A stretch of DNA of 64,000 bases from Klebsormidium nitens (lineage: Eukaryota; Plantae; Klebsormidiophyceae): contig DF237189.1 of the NCBI GenBank assembly GCA_000708835.1, positions 1 through 64,000 of the forward strand, given 5' to 3'. This document shows positions 1 to 12,986 of this stretch, piece by piece. The translations under genes and the position numbers were made by a program. The notes under the pieces were generated by a model, which saw nothing but the letters and a program-made list of their open reading frames with translations, was not told the DNA's origin and searched no databases. How positions within the stretch are numbered: position 1 is the first letter of the stretch; each line of letters starts with the position of its first letter.

Positions 1-3000
1 ATTGATTGACATACAGACTCATGAATCTCCGGTTCCGGCCTGCGCAGATGAGCGGAAAGCTAGGACTGGGCGGAAAGCTCGCAACAACGCTCTCTCCATG
101 GAAATGATCATGGATGCATTGTGGCAGTCTTCAATTGTGCAACGTCAGAACTGCCAAAAGCTAGAGCAAAGTGTTCTAGGGCCACAGTTTGTTAGGGCTG
201 CCTGGAGAAGGCTTCCATGATCAATCAGCTTCCATGCGAGTCCCTTTTAATCTCCCCTAGATTAAAACTTTGGATCCGCCAACATAGCGGCGCCACCCTG
301 TTCTGGGTAGGTCAAGTGGCCGAGCGTCCGGCAGAGGAAAGACCATAAAGCTTCAAAAGCACGTTTTGTAAACTGTGACAGCTTTTCATCTGGTAGCCTG
401 TCTGGAGCTAGCTTTGCGCAGCCGGGCATGGGGAAGAAGCGGTGCTGGTGTCAGGCTTGACAGCTGTTGAATTTAAAGGAACAGGAAAAGGGTTACCCTG
501 ATCTTAGTTGGCCTAGCTCAGAGCGCTGCAGAAGGAGAGCGTACTCAGCACTGCTCTGTGGCACGGTCCTCACAAAATGGCTTCATGGTTCAGCAACCTG
601 GTAGCAACGCTTGGCTTTTTCCTGCTGGGGCACTGTGCATATGCCACAATTGGATGTAAGCAGACTGGATTTCAAGGTCTTACTTGACCGAGTTGTTTGG
701 CAAAGCATTCATGAGATGTGTCATTTCGTGATTCTGACAGCAGAGCTGTCCAAATAGAGCATGTAATTGCGAATTATATTGAGAAACATGATTGCACATT
801 TTCCTGTTGGTTCGCTGTAGCTGGTCTGACACCTTTTGATTGTGGTGAAAACCTCAGCCCACTGTGCATTCAAGTCAGAACTCAAACCATTTTGAAATTG
901 ACAAGAAAATCACCCTTCAATGAAGCCAGTTTTAGAAATGGCTGCAGCCTTCGGAAGTTGCCCACTGATGTTGCCGCAGAAGCATACTTCATGTGTTGAT
1001 AGATCTTTCAGCTCATCGTCTGATTGAGCTGGCCTTACAGCGTCAATTTGTGTTCCTTTCCCGTTATAAAAGTAATCCCGGCTCACCCTGCTTGCACTGT
1101 GCCAAAAGAAGTCTGGAGAGCTTGCTGAGGTTGTTCAATGTTGTATGCAGATCGAGAGGGGTTGAAGTTGGCTGAAAAGGAGTACAACTTGCCACCATCC
1201 GAGGTAAGAGGGTGCAAACCACACCCTTGTGACTCCTCTTTACTGCTCCAACAGCTTTTGTCGTACTGCTTTGTCAAATACCCTGTACCAAATGGGCTGT
1301 ACCAGTTGCAAAAATACTGTCAGCGAAAGTAGCGGTACTCTTCTGTAATTGATGCAGAAAGCTCACCTTTCAGTCAATGTGAGTCTCAAGGACCACTGCT
1401 TTCTAAGTCTGGCAGTACATGGGCTTGTACTTTATTTTGTTTTTGAGAGAGACTGGGGAACGTGTAAAATATTAGTATTCTCAATTGGTTAGAGTCCGAG
1501 GTAGTCCAAGATATGGAGTGTACAGATAAGTCTAAGGCAGCTTTCACAAGAGCTTACTCGTCAAGCTGATTGCTGTTCCTATGCATCCCTGAGGAGAAGT
1601 ACTTGGTTCGCATTGGTTGACCCTTGTACTTTGCTCCGATTAAGGTTACATTGAATTCAACTCAACGTTGATTGTCACTAATCGTCAGAGCTTTGAACGC
1701 CACCTATGTGCTGCAGATTCTATTGGAACTGCTTGTTGCTACCGCCATCCTGGTGTGGTCCAGTCTCGAGATGGGGGGGCCCTTCGCACCCATCAAAGTA
1801 GATGCCGCAAGCAACAGGTGAGAGTTCAATGTGACCGTTCCGGGGCAAGTGTTCCATGAGGAGATTCAATGAGCTTGAGCTCAAATATGGCGTTCGGTAC
1901 GAGGCCGGTGACACCGCAATGCAAGTGGGTCCGGAAACTTTGGACAGCGAGCGAGGCACTCATTCAATCGTTCTTTACAAAATCCGAGTTTTTTTGTGTT
2001 CAGTCAGTTTCTTACACAGACGAGTAATGATATGGAAGGCATCGCTTTCAGGACTTCAACGATTGCCAGGTACCCTGCTTTGAAAGGCTTTCTCCTTTCG
2101 AAAGTCGCAAGTCACTTTGAACCATCAACAGTGCAAGGACCCTTTAATTTCGGTTCTTGTGATTTAGGAGCCGTTATGCGCGGTCAAGGTGATGCTTCTC
2201 GAGCTCGAAATGAAGTCTCAAGCATGTCTTCGCATCTCTTTCAAGCGTTTTTGTTAAGGACAGGAACTTTTGGTTGACCTCATTCATTGGACCTGATCGA
2301 GATTGCGTCCCACAACATCCAGGTTGGTTAAGCTTCCGGAGCTGATGGACTTCTGCTCGGTCAACCACCGAGGCAGAGGCCTCCCCGCTTTCTTAGAGCC
2401 GTCAGGAGGAATGGACGACTGATATGAGATCACGGGCCAAAATGTACGGGGACAGCTCAATGGGGCGTTCAGCGCTTTTCAGAACATCATAAGGCACAAC
2501 ACGTCCAGATGATTGGCTTCTGCAGGCCCTTGTTGGTTGTCAACTATTTTCAAGAGAAGCAGTGGCAGAACCAGTCGTTCTGCCACTATTGAGAGGCATG
2601 CAGCATAGCCTGGAAGAACAAGAAATATTGATGTACAGCCGAATTGTCAAGAGGACAGCTTGATCCAATAGCAATCTCACAGCACGACCTTATCGAGGTG
2701 TACGACTTGATTTGCCTGCGGTGGAAGCTGGATATGTTTTTGAGTGACAAACCGCATATGATGTATGACATGACTGCATAACTGGACAATCATTGTCAAA
2801 TCTGGCATGGATGAGCAAGGATGTGCGCATATGTTGGAGTCAATCAACGAGTCGGAATCCATCATCCGATCACATGCATGACGGAGTTGAATTAATTGAC
2901 CCATGGCAATTCAAAGGTGGCTGTCGTGATTGGACTCATGTATCCGGGTGCCAACTTGTACATGTAATCGACATATCGTATATACGGCCACTGAGTAGAT

Positions 3001-3812
3001 GCAGCAGTTCGGTTGAAAGCGGCATCCGGCCGCCACGGTGCAGGCCGGGTGCATGCAGCGGTGGTTTCATATTTAATGATGATGCAGTATACGTACATGA
3101 TGTGCAAGCAACTTTAGTACCTGGTCGCCCGCCTGCCGCCAATTCAGTGTGCCCAGTCCCGATATTGCGCATGCAACGATAGCTCATCTCGTTATCGGGG
3201 TTGATTCTTAACACGTTTGATTTGAATGTTGCACTTTCACACGCGGCGTAATGGTACTTTCAGAGCGGCCCGCCAGCTTTGATGCCGAACGTCAATGGCT
3301 ATACTTATGTGGCAGCTATTGCATAATATATCAAAACAGAAGGCAAGCCTAGGATCCAACATTTGCGTGCCAGAACAAGCCAGAAGTCCATTTGTCTTTT
3401 CTTGAAGGTCCCGGTCTAATTCTTATTTACAACAAACACTACACTACCGTCCCCACATACACTGAACTACCTTAAGCGCATATGTATACTCAAACTCGAT
3501 CTGCGTGAACTCGCTCAGTTTTTCCGCATTTAGTTCGCCCTATCACTGTCAACAAGAACACACCCTAGTTTCAAAGCATCTCTTTTTTAACAAACCTGGG
3601 GCCGGACGTTCCTAGCATGGAACCGAGTGACGATGATGCTACACAACAGGGTGCTTCTAAGGAAGTATTCGCATCCTTGCATCCAAACCTATCGCTAACA
3701 CTTATTTCAACGCAACAGCTCCCTATCAAACCTGCTCTCGTGATCCTTATTGATTTGTACAAGGCCAACCTGATTCAACCAACTCCGTCCCTCAGCAAAG
3801 TAGCTCATTGCG

Positions 3813-6800
3813 TCACCCCCCGGCCAACCGCGCCAGCTGCCCCGCCACGACTGGGGTGGAACACGCCGCGAGCGCAAAGAGCGCGGTCAGCGTGTATGCC
3901 ACTTGGGCGAACAGGAGCAGGTCCTCGTCCTTGGCTGCCAGGGCCGCGGAGCCGAGGCCGTGGCTGGACGAGCTGACGGCCAGCGCGCGTGCGACCGGGT
4001 CGTTGAACCGGGCGAGCGAGAGGAGCCAGCGGTTGAGGTTGGAGCCCAGGACGCCGGTCAGGACGCTCGCCCCGACCAGGAGGGAGGGGTCACCTGCGAT
4101 GAAGGGGAAGGAGCTAGAAACAGATCCGTTGATTGGTAGTGGATCAAATGAAGGCAAGCCGTTCAAACTGCAGGGACATCCGCAGAAAACACCTCACAAA
4201 GTAGCACAATTGGCACGCGCCTGCCGATTTCTGCACCGAAAACGGACAGCGTGCGATAAGCAGACTCACAATTGACGCCAGAATGAGTTCCAAAATTGTC
4301 AGGAATGGCGCTTTGGAGTCTCAATTTGTGACAGTCGGAGGCCGTTTTGGACACCTAAGTGTGACCATTCACAGGCTCAGGCTATCTCTTCGGCATACAG
4401 CGAACTCATCGAGGCAGACCACTTTAATAAGATGTGCAGAAAGAACAATCTGGGCGGAGCGCTTACCGCCGATCAGAGGCGCCAGCGGTGCGGCCACTTG
4501 CGGCGAGACGAAGCGCGCGGCCAGGGACGCGCTGAGGGCGGGGTCCAGGCGAAGGCGGCGCGCCAAAAAGGCGGCGGAGAAGAGAGAAAAGAGCGCCGAC
4601 AGGGGTACAACCACGCCCAGCTCCGGCAGGTGGTCGCGGATCAGCTGCAAACGGAAGCAATCAGGGCGGTGCGCTAGCCGCTTCGGAGACACGTGTCCTT
4701 TTGGGCGCGCTTCCTCTAGCTGAGCTCACGGGGTCTTGACGATGCATATTAGCCAGCGGGGCGGCTTGGAAATAGGAAATGACAGGTTTAATAGACCTGA
4801 GAAGGCAGAATATGCACGAACCGGATCAGCAGCTACAGAAAAGGGCACTTCAGACAGGGAGGCCGCGTACAACTTGTGAACAGAGGACGGTGCCAGCACA
4901 TCTCCTCAGCGCGTTGCAACGAGCAGAGTATAGTGCTGATGGAAGCGTGCCGTGCGCCCTTTTCAAGCTGGGCGACCTGTTGGCACACGTTGAAGATTGA
5001 AAACCCGTCGAACTTTCCGCAGGCGACAGCAGCCAGAAGGAGCGGAAGAAATCAAGAGCCAAATCACAAGTTGTGAATGAGGGACCGTGTTTGAAACGGT
5101 AAGATAAGTTTGTACCTTCTTCTGTCGGTTCAGCGTGAACGCGAGCGCCAGGATGGACGGTCCGATGAACGAGCTCAAGATATCGGCGGCGCCGGGAGAG
5201 CGGATGCCGCCGGTCGAGTACAGCCCTGCAACAACAGGTGCTTGAGATGATACTGATGGCTTAACCCAAAAGGAGTAAGGAGTTCTAGTTGGACCAGTGT
5301 GTGTCGTGAGAGATTAAAAAGCCGATTTGAAGCTCCAATTCGGGTTGAGTTCATCCTGTCCACGTCGAAAAAGGGGCGCACACTCGGAGCTGCTGACGGA
5401 AAAAAGCGTAGCAATCGGACAGGTCAGGTTCTGTGACCGGCACGGATCGAAAGCAGTCGCGGCGGCCAGGGTTGAGAATACTTCGATCGGTCAGCTCTGT
5501 GCAACGCACATTAACAAGGACTGCATGCGCTGAAAACTTCTAAAGACTCCTGTGAATCTCCTCTCTGTCTGGCACGTCAAAAAGAGTCCAAATCCCGCCA
5601 CCTGGCAATCTCAGAAGGGTCGCGGGTGGCCTAGCTTCCTGCCGTTAAGCGAAGTTGACCATGCAGGTACTAAAGGAAGCAGGGCTCGACCGTGGAGGTC
5701 AGAGTGAAGCCGTCTTTTTGGAAAAGAGGAGCTGCCCCGTCGAACACCGGTATGCTCGCGCAAACACACTAGCAAGCCAGAAGCATGCTGAGAGCCATGG
5801 ATGCATCAAAGTAACATCAATTACTGCAGTATGATTCAAACTCACTTGTGAAATGCGTCTCTGGGTTTCCGAATCTTGAACAAGGACGGGAAACGAAAGC
5901 GAAGTGATTTGGCACCTCACCTAGGATGGAGTCCCAGCCACGGCCGAGGCTCTGGCCTCCCACAAAAGCGAGTGCGTTTACGAGAGCAGCGGCCACTAGG
6001 GACGGGTGGATGAGCCGCTTCAAAGGGCCGGGGAGCCTGGACGAAATGAATCAGCGTTTGAGGACTCGGGAAACCGACGGAATTATGTATTGCGGCTACG
6101 AATTCAACGGTTCGAGAGAGTGCCCTAGCTAGTTGAGATGTAAAATTCCACTTATGGCGTCATGGATTTCTCTGCTTTCTGAACGCATTCTGTCGGATGT
6201 CGTGAGGGCACCGGAGAGTGTAAACCCAACTGAACTCGCTGCGGCCCTCAACGCGCTCAACAACGCCATCGACTATTCCTCTCGTACATATGGAGGCCGT
6301 TTATAAACGGGTGTATTGCCAGAGCCTTGCACACACTACAGCAAGCTCGAACAACCGTCTGATCGTACTAGCACTGAATGATTACGATTCTCGAGCAATC
6401 GCTCGAAACCTTGAACTACATTACTTCCAGACGCGGTTCTTGCGCTGTCGTCAACCCAAAGAGCCTTCGACCACGACTGGCTACCCCTTGTCCGACAAAT
6501 TCTTAACCGAACGTTCTGAAGAGACAATAAAGGATTTTTCCTCTTACCAGGCGCTAAGCAGGAAGCCCGTAACAGTGGCGCCTAGCAAGCAGGGAGCTGC
6601 GGTCAGCGCCTCTGACCCGGCCAAGGTGGGTGCCACGTAGTAGACCAGACCCGCGCCAGCAGTGAGCGCAGCCCAGGGAATGAGCTCAGTCAAGCTGTCG
6701 AAGCAAGAAGGAAAAGTTGGTCACAGATTCTTCTCAGCATCTGGCGACCGGGCGAGGAGTTTCGAAAATAAGCCGACAAGTCCTGGTTTTCATCAAGACT

Positions 6801-8695
6801 TGTAAAGCAAATGTGGTTTGGAAACAAGACTTCTTGGTCGAAGGTACAGTACGACGTCGATCGGCACCCCCGGACAACCGAGCCAGTGGCCAAGTCTCAC
6901 CTCAGTGGCGACATCCAGGAATTTTCGAGACTGCCTATCTTCTTGAGACTCTGGTAACTAGTGCGAAAAGTGTTCGTCTTCGTTCTCTGCTCATGTAGCG
7001 TCACACAGACCATGACAGCAGCTCTGTTTGCTAGGCATAACAGTCGAATTTCCTTAGCGGAAATTACACATTGTTGGGGAGCTTACGTGTAAGGAGCCAC
7101 GTTAGGCATGTGCTCCGCAGACCGCAGTCGGTCGCTGGGCTTGAGTCTTCGCACCAACGTAGCCAAACCTCCCGCCTGAAAAAACGAAGTGACGAGGCCA
7201 ACCACTGCACCAGACGCAGAAACGCTTGAACATTTCGAGAATCAGAGTGACAAATCGTTCTTTGTCAACATCGACATTGACTGTTCCGTTTATCTCAAGA
7301 ACGATAATCTGCAGATGTGCAGTCCCGGACGACAATGTTTAATCAAAAGCCTTCAGCCCTTTCTCGCACTGCAGCCTTCAGAGACCAATAAATGGTTGCA
7401 GCCCTTGTAGGAAACAATCTGAGGGGTGTATCAATCTCATGAGCATTTTCGAAAATATTTCTCACTTCAGCAACACTTCTGTTTGCGCAATCAAATGGGA
7501 AAAGCAGTCGTAACCTTGACCGCACATTCTTCCTGATGAGAGCAGCGTGTAGGATTCTCATCATGATGAAGCTGGCAATTCTTACCTAGCACTAAGACAA
7601 TCTTGATTCCTTCCACCACTGGAATGCTCCGCAGGACTTGCGGAAGCATCACAATGGCGGGGGTGTAAAAAAGGGGCAGCCATCTCTGGAGGAACTCCGT
7701 CGCAGGTCCGAAGAACGCGATGACATCACGGGCAAAGGGCTGGCTGGCTTGGTCGATGACCAGGAGCGCTGAGGTCAGCAGCAGGCAGCCAACCAGGGCG
7801 CTGGGGAGTGCGGCGTTCGGGAGGGCAGATTGAAGTGCCTGATCTGCACCCAAAAGAGCAGTGGTCAATTGTCATGTCAAGGGCTTGGTTAGTTCTTTGA
7901 TTGCACGGGAAGGCTGTTCTTTTAGTTCACCAGAGAAACCTCTTCGCAGCTCCCACGTGAGCTATCCCAATGAAGGTGGCCCTCAAGTACAAGATCCATC
8001 ATGTCACATCCCATTCCGCACTGGAAGAATGAAGTGCCCCTTTTAGCTAACTGCAATAAGACTCTCTCCGTGCTTTCCATCAAACATTGATGGTGGATTG
8101 CGTTCCTGAAATAGACCAACCATGATGATTGTGAGGGGAAATAAGCTCAAGCAGACTCGGTCACTTTGAAAACAGGTCTTTCAAGGTGCTCACTTGCAAA
8201 AGAGATGCAATGCCGTACTTGTATCACAACTCTGGTTTCCGCTTCAGCCCATAAAAAACCTCATACACCAATTGTCCTACCTGCTGCCACCAGCACTGCT
8301 AACCCCAGGGCTACTTTTGTAATGCTGCCCTCCTTCCTGTGTCCAGACAGTTGCTCAGACAAATCCGCATCTAAGCTGGCTTTTGGCACCATCCGCCGAG
8401 AGCTTGCGGCAGCTAGTGGAAAGTTCTTCTCCTTACTGCTACTGGATTTCTTAACCCTCCACCGAAAAGGTACGAATTGCCGCTGAAGTGGTGCATAATG
8501 CCGGTTGTCAGCTAAGCTGGCAATTGGAGCGATACACTGATGAACAGCATGCCTTTCCCAGCTTCTCAGATTCACTGTCTGGCATTTGTGAGCTTGAAAC
8601 GCTTTTGGAACTGCAGCTTCATCAGGATTTGAAGGCCGCGTCCACACCAGCGAACAGGTGCCAGACCGATCAAAGCAATGCTGTATGGACTGCAT
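3813..8695 (-). CDS. PLGG1: Plastidal glycolate/glycerate translocator (LrgA/LrgB-type chloroplast envelope transporter), 8 exons
   Basis: Phase-consistent GT-AG exons (minus strand): 8695-8281, 7843-7586, 7204-7087, 6694-6548, 6036-5921, 5225-5116, 4644-4467, 4093-3813. The spliced protein has PLGG1-family motifs LGLAVLVAADQAL, FLQRWLPLFYTPAIVMLP, PGAADILSSFIGPSILALAF and DPVARALAVSSSSHGLGSAALAAK. The long N-terminal extension is compatible with a transit peptide. The start codon (first in-frame ATG, 8695) is inferred. Confidence 0.92.
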
Positions 8696-8964
8696 CTGGT
8701 CTGCATGCACAGCAATCCCTTTGAAGGAGGTGATGGGGAAGGAAAGCGCTCAATAAGAAAACGCCCAGCGCAAATAGAAGCGCGGCAGAGTTGGACGCCA
8801 TTGGCAGAGGGCTGGCACAGCCAAGCCGGCAGACATGCCACCTCCAGGTGGCAGTGGTATAGAAATCCTTCTGGCAATTGCACGTACGACAGACGTTCGA
8901 TGTGGATCACGGATTCTTATATATGTCACACATGGTGTATCGAAATCGAAATCGAATTATAATA

Positions 8965-9207
8965 AGAGTATTGGCCCTAATTCCGGAATTTCGCAGTTCC
9001 GGACGGGTAAAGCAAAAACCTTATTCCGGACATAACAGATTAGGTCGGTAAGTTGACACACGGTGTCCGGGATAGCGTTCGAAAAATCCGGAATTGGAAC
9101 TGGTGAAAGCCCCAGCGTGCTCGGTAGACTGCTTTGTTAGGTCCGGAATAAGGTTTTTGCTTTACCCGTCCGGAATTGCGAAATTCCGGAATTAGGGCCG
9201 ATACTCT
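8965..9207. mobile_element. MITE, 243 bp, 67-bp TIRs, TA target-site duplication (Tc1/mariner-type flanks)
   Basis: 8965-9031 is the reverse complement of 9141-9207 at 65/67 nt (AGAGTATTGGCCCTAATTCCGG...). TA lies on both sides (8963-8964, 9208-9209). Confidence 0.85.
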
Positions 9208-10080
9208 TATAGACTGACATGTATATATGTAAAGCCTGTAACGCTTTCGACAAATTGCATCGAAGCTGTCTCGCGAGTCGCGATGGTTCACGACAGGCAA
9301 GAACATAGGAAATCGACACGTGTCCACGACATCCCTTTTAGGAGTTGAGTCCCGAAAGACTGACGTTCCTGCCAGGCCACTCGAACCCTGGACTCGAGCC
9401 GTCCGACCAAACTCTTTGCCCACTGGGCTAACTAGATTGGCAGCACACTGTGCTGCACTCGGCATGCCATAATATCGTTTTTGCGCCGAGCTGGTTCAAC
9501 GGTTCAGACCGTCGATGTCGATGTGCAAATTCAGGCCGGAGGGTTCCGAGGCGACGGTTGTACCCCCTGGAACAGGCTGGAAATGCAATCGACGGCCTGC
9601 GACTTTTGAGCACACGTGCGGATCTCCATCGGAGGGCCTGCGACCGTCGGCCGACCTACAATAATCGCACAAAACGACAAACAGTCGTGAATCTACTGTA
9701 AGATTTTATAGTGCCAGGTATGAGCAGCTACTCCGAATACCCTGCCCGCTCATACACCATCTTTGCTGTGGCCCATCGAACCTCCTGGAAAAGCGGTCGA
9801 CCGGACTCTTCTCGCATAAGAGATTTGACGGATTTTTAAGGGTAATAAGGCGGACGAACAAGCGAGGGTCCCTGGGAGGTGGTCGCCACCCATTTTGCGA
9901 CGTCGTACTGCGGCATTGCACGACACCATTCCGGAGGCTTTCGCCATTTTCAATAGTAACGCGTACGCTCGCGCGCACACTGGCGCACACTGGACAGCAG
10001 AGAAAATGGCATGCCAAAAAGAGCGCGTGCGTTTGCGGAACCTTCCAAATCTACCGTATATAATAAAAGTCATTAGCAGT

Positions 10081-10920
10081 GTACGGCCGTAAATCCTGGA
10101 ACCGATATCGACGACCGTCATTCCTTACACGTGGCAGATTCCTATGTTCTTGCCCTGTCGCAATAGCACGAGAGCAGTTTCAACGTTCGACGCGGTTCGG
10201 TACGCTTAGTCGATATTCTGCGCTCGTCATCCAGAGTCAGCTCCGAAGATATCTACACTTCCGTTTTTTTTCGATCCGTCGCTTTCAAACCCCAGTGGAT
10301 CACGATGGCCAGGACGCTATCTTGCGTCATATCTGATCATCGGACGGCTGCGGACTGAGAGGGCAGTAACTCCTGGTCAAGTCTATCTTTTGTGAGCACT
10401 TTTTTGTGCCGTCGATAGGGTGCATTAGGTACCGTCGATGGTCAGGGATACAAACGACCCCTTTGACGATCCGATCGGATCGGCAGCGGGTCTCACCGCT
10501 GGTACGTACCGGGTCTGCATCATGTAACCCACAACTTGACGCATTCATCCTTCCGACATCACCGTTGGATTCAGGCGAGAGGAGACCTGCCGGGCCGCAG
10601 CTCCGTTCGATGATGGCGCTGAAGCCCCATCATTGTGCATGGGCCATGGAAACGGCACCGCGGCTGCCCGGTACTTACTGGTGCACCTGACCAAAACCGT
10701 GAATTGCGCATAAGGTATGTACCGTCTTGAGAACGTTCTTTGAACCAGCCTGCTGAGGTTGCTCTACGGTCTGCACCGTTGACGGGTACCGTGCATACCT
10801 GGGCCTTTTTGGTACGTACCGTAGACTTGTGGTACAGTGTACCGCAGTCTTCGACGCTTGGAAATGGATATAAGAGGAGAGCCGCACCTGCAGACCACTC
10901 AAGCCGTCAAGGTACCGTAC
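10081..10920. promoter_or_regulatory. GTAC-dense intergenic segment between divergent PLGG1 and PI4Kgamma
   Basis: 14 GTAC by manual count in ~840 bp (about 3 expected at random). Includes the palindrome GGTACGTACC at 10501 and 10811 and a G-box/ABRE-like ACACGTGGC at 10127-10135. A regulatory role is not demonstrated. Confidence 0.3.
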
Positions 10921-12986
10921 ACAGGGGTTCATGGTGGTTCATGGTGGACTCGTGGCATTGCATCTTCCTCAAATACAAGCAACTTCCGCTAGCTCAGCAA
11001 CCTCTCGAAAGGAGGACGGAGAGCGCAAGCTGCGTGCTTATCAGGTTCAAAGTGCCGTCTGCGGGGAGGTTGTCGGTGGGAGCACAGTCAGCTTGCAGGA
11101 TTTGTTCTGGGTTTGAAGAACGCGCTTCCCAGATTTCCATCTCAACACTTTGTGAGTTTACTTAGATCTCAAGAGCTGCACCTAAGCAGGAGGACTTTTA
11201 GAACCCCTGTGGTGCCCCAGGCGCTCGGCTGGAGGGATGGATGTTACGATGTAACCATCAGAGTATCCTAGCTCGGCCTCTGGGCCAGGGCACCTCAAGA
11301 AAAGCCTGTTGGAGAAAGGATTAGCTCCAAGCCTTTAGCCTTGTGCCAGGCGTGTTGCCTAGAGACTAGTTTAATAGCGGAGGGTGGGGCCTCGCCAGCA
11401 GTCTAGCCTTTGTCCAATATGGGGGCAGGTTTAGAAGTTCTTCTATCGAGGTACCTTTCTGCGGACCCATGATTGGTCCAGGCAAAACTCGTGGGGCTTT
11501 GCCTCTGAGCTGTGACAAGAGTGTCGCGCTTGGCATTGTCTGTGTACCCCAGAGTTCCGCAGGAGGCAGCAGGTCTGGAGTCAGCAACAGCAGCAAGGAG
11601 TGGGCCTGCCGTGTTGCGGCGGGGCCTCGGCATGGCTCCAGACCTTTCTGGACCTGTTATCTCGATGCCTATGATGTCGCCCGCGCTGGACCAGGTAATC
11701 ATCGCAGGTCTACGAAGGTCATCTGCAAATCTTTTAAAATGGTGTGGTGATTGAGGAATCTGCATTCTTGTGAATGTTGGGTTAGTTGCTCTGAAGAGCG
11801 CGCCTAAGTAAGGTATTTTGTCGTGTTTCAGTATTTATTCACAAACATATGATCGGATTCATTTGTATTACTGGCCCTCATCAAAACATGTCCGTCATCA
11901 GGATATGTTGCTTAGTTGTTCTGCTTTGTCTGAGCAGCTGTGTAATGTTTGGTCAGCTATTGGGTTTGGTATACCTACAGCTATCACAAAGTTCCATTCT
12001 GATCAGTTTGAGTAGACGAAGGAGTAGTTCCAGGAAACACTTGTTTTAGAGTATGAGTTATTTGCATCTGCTTCTCATTTGCACCTGCTTCGATTGTTGT
12101 ACAAGCAGTTCAAGATGTATAGCACAGGGAAGAAGCCGCCCCCATATTGTAGGGGCGAGTAATTGACAAATACCTTTCAAAGTTATGCAGGGATACTCGT
12201 CGAATGTCTGTGGTGTTTTGGCCAACTCCTGTTGTGTTTGGATTGTAGACTTTTCAATGATTGAACCGGACTTTTCTAAGCCCTGCACCAAACTTTTTCT
12301 AGGCCCGGCAAAGAAAAGTCTAAAAAGTGGACTTTTATCGCACTCAGTATCAGGATTTCCTCTGTGTGGCCATCTTCTGCAAAACAACCTTTTCTCGGAA
12401 CCTTCTGGATTGGACGTCCAGCAGGGATGCCTAGTTGTTGATGTTTTCGCGGGTTCTTGGGTTATCCAAGATATGGACCATACGGGCCAACGGCACCCAT
12501 CATTGCAACTGTGCTTTCTGTTTCAGGCTGGTCTTCAATTGAAATGTGGTCAGGCATAGCGGCAAGTAGTTCGGCTTGAGCTGAGACCAGAGCATTTTTT
12601 CCACAGTAGCTTCTTCTCCTCCTGTGGGGTGTCCATCATATGATCAAGTCCTTGTTCTCTTTTTCCGTCAGCAACTTGGCTTCGGAGACAGCTTAGTGAA
12701 CCTCGATTTGTCCAATCTGTGTGCACTTGCATGAGTCTCGAGTGACATCTATTTGAAAGAAGCATTTGAAGCCAACAGAGGCAGGAGGAAACCACATTGG
12801 ATCGGCAAGCTTTGTCCATTTTTTGGTGTAAAAAGCCTTCTGAGTTGAAGGTACGATGTCTGCCGATATCGTCCAAATAATGGTCAATAACGAGTTGATC
12901 ACATAATGACAAAGCGGAGAACCTGGAGAAAGAAAGAAACAGAAGCGCGCAGCAGCTGTTTGTAAGAAGCCCTGCTATCAAAAGCC

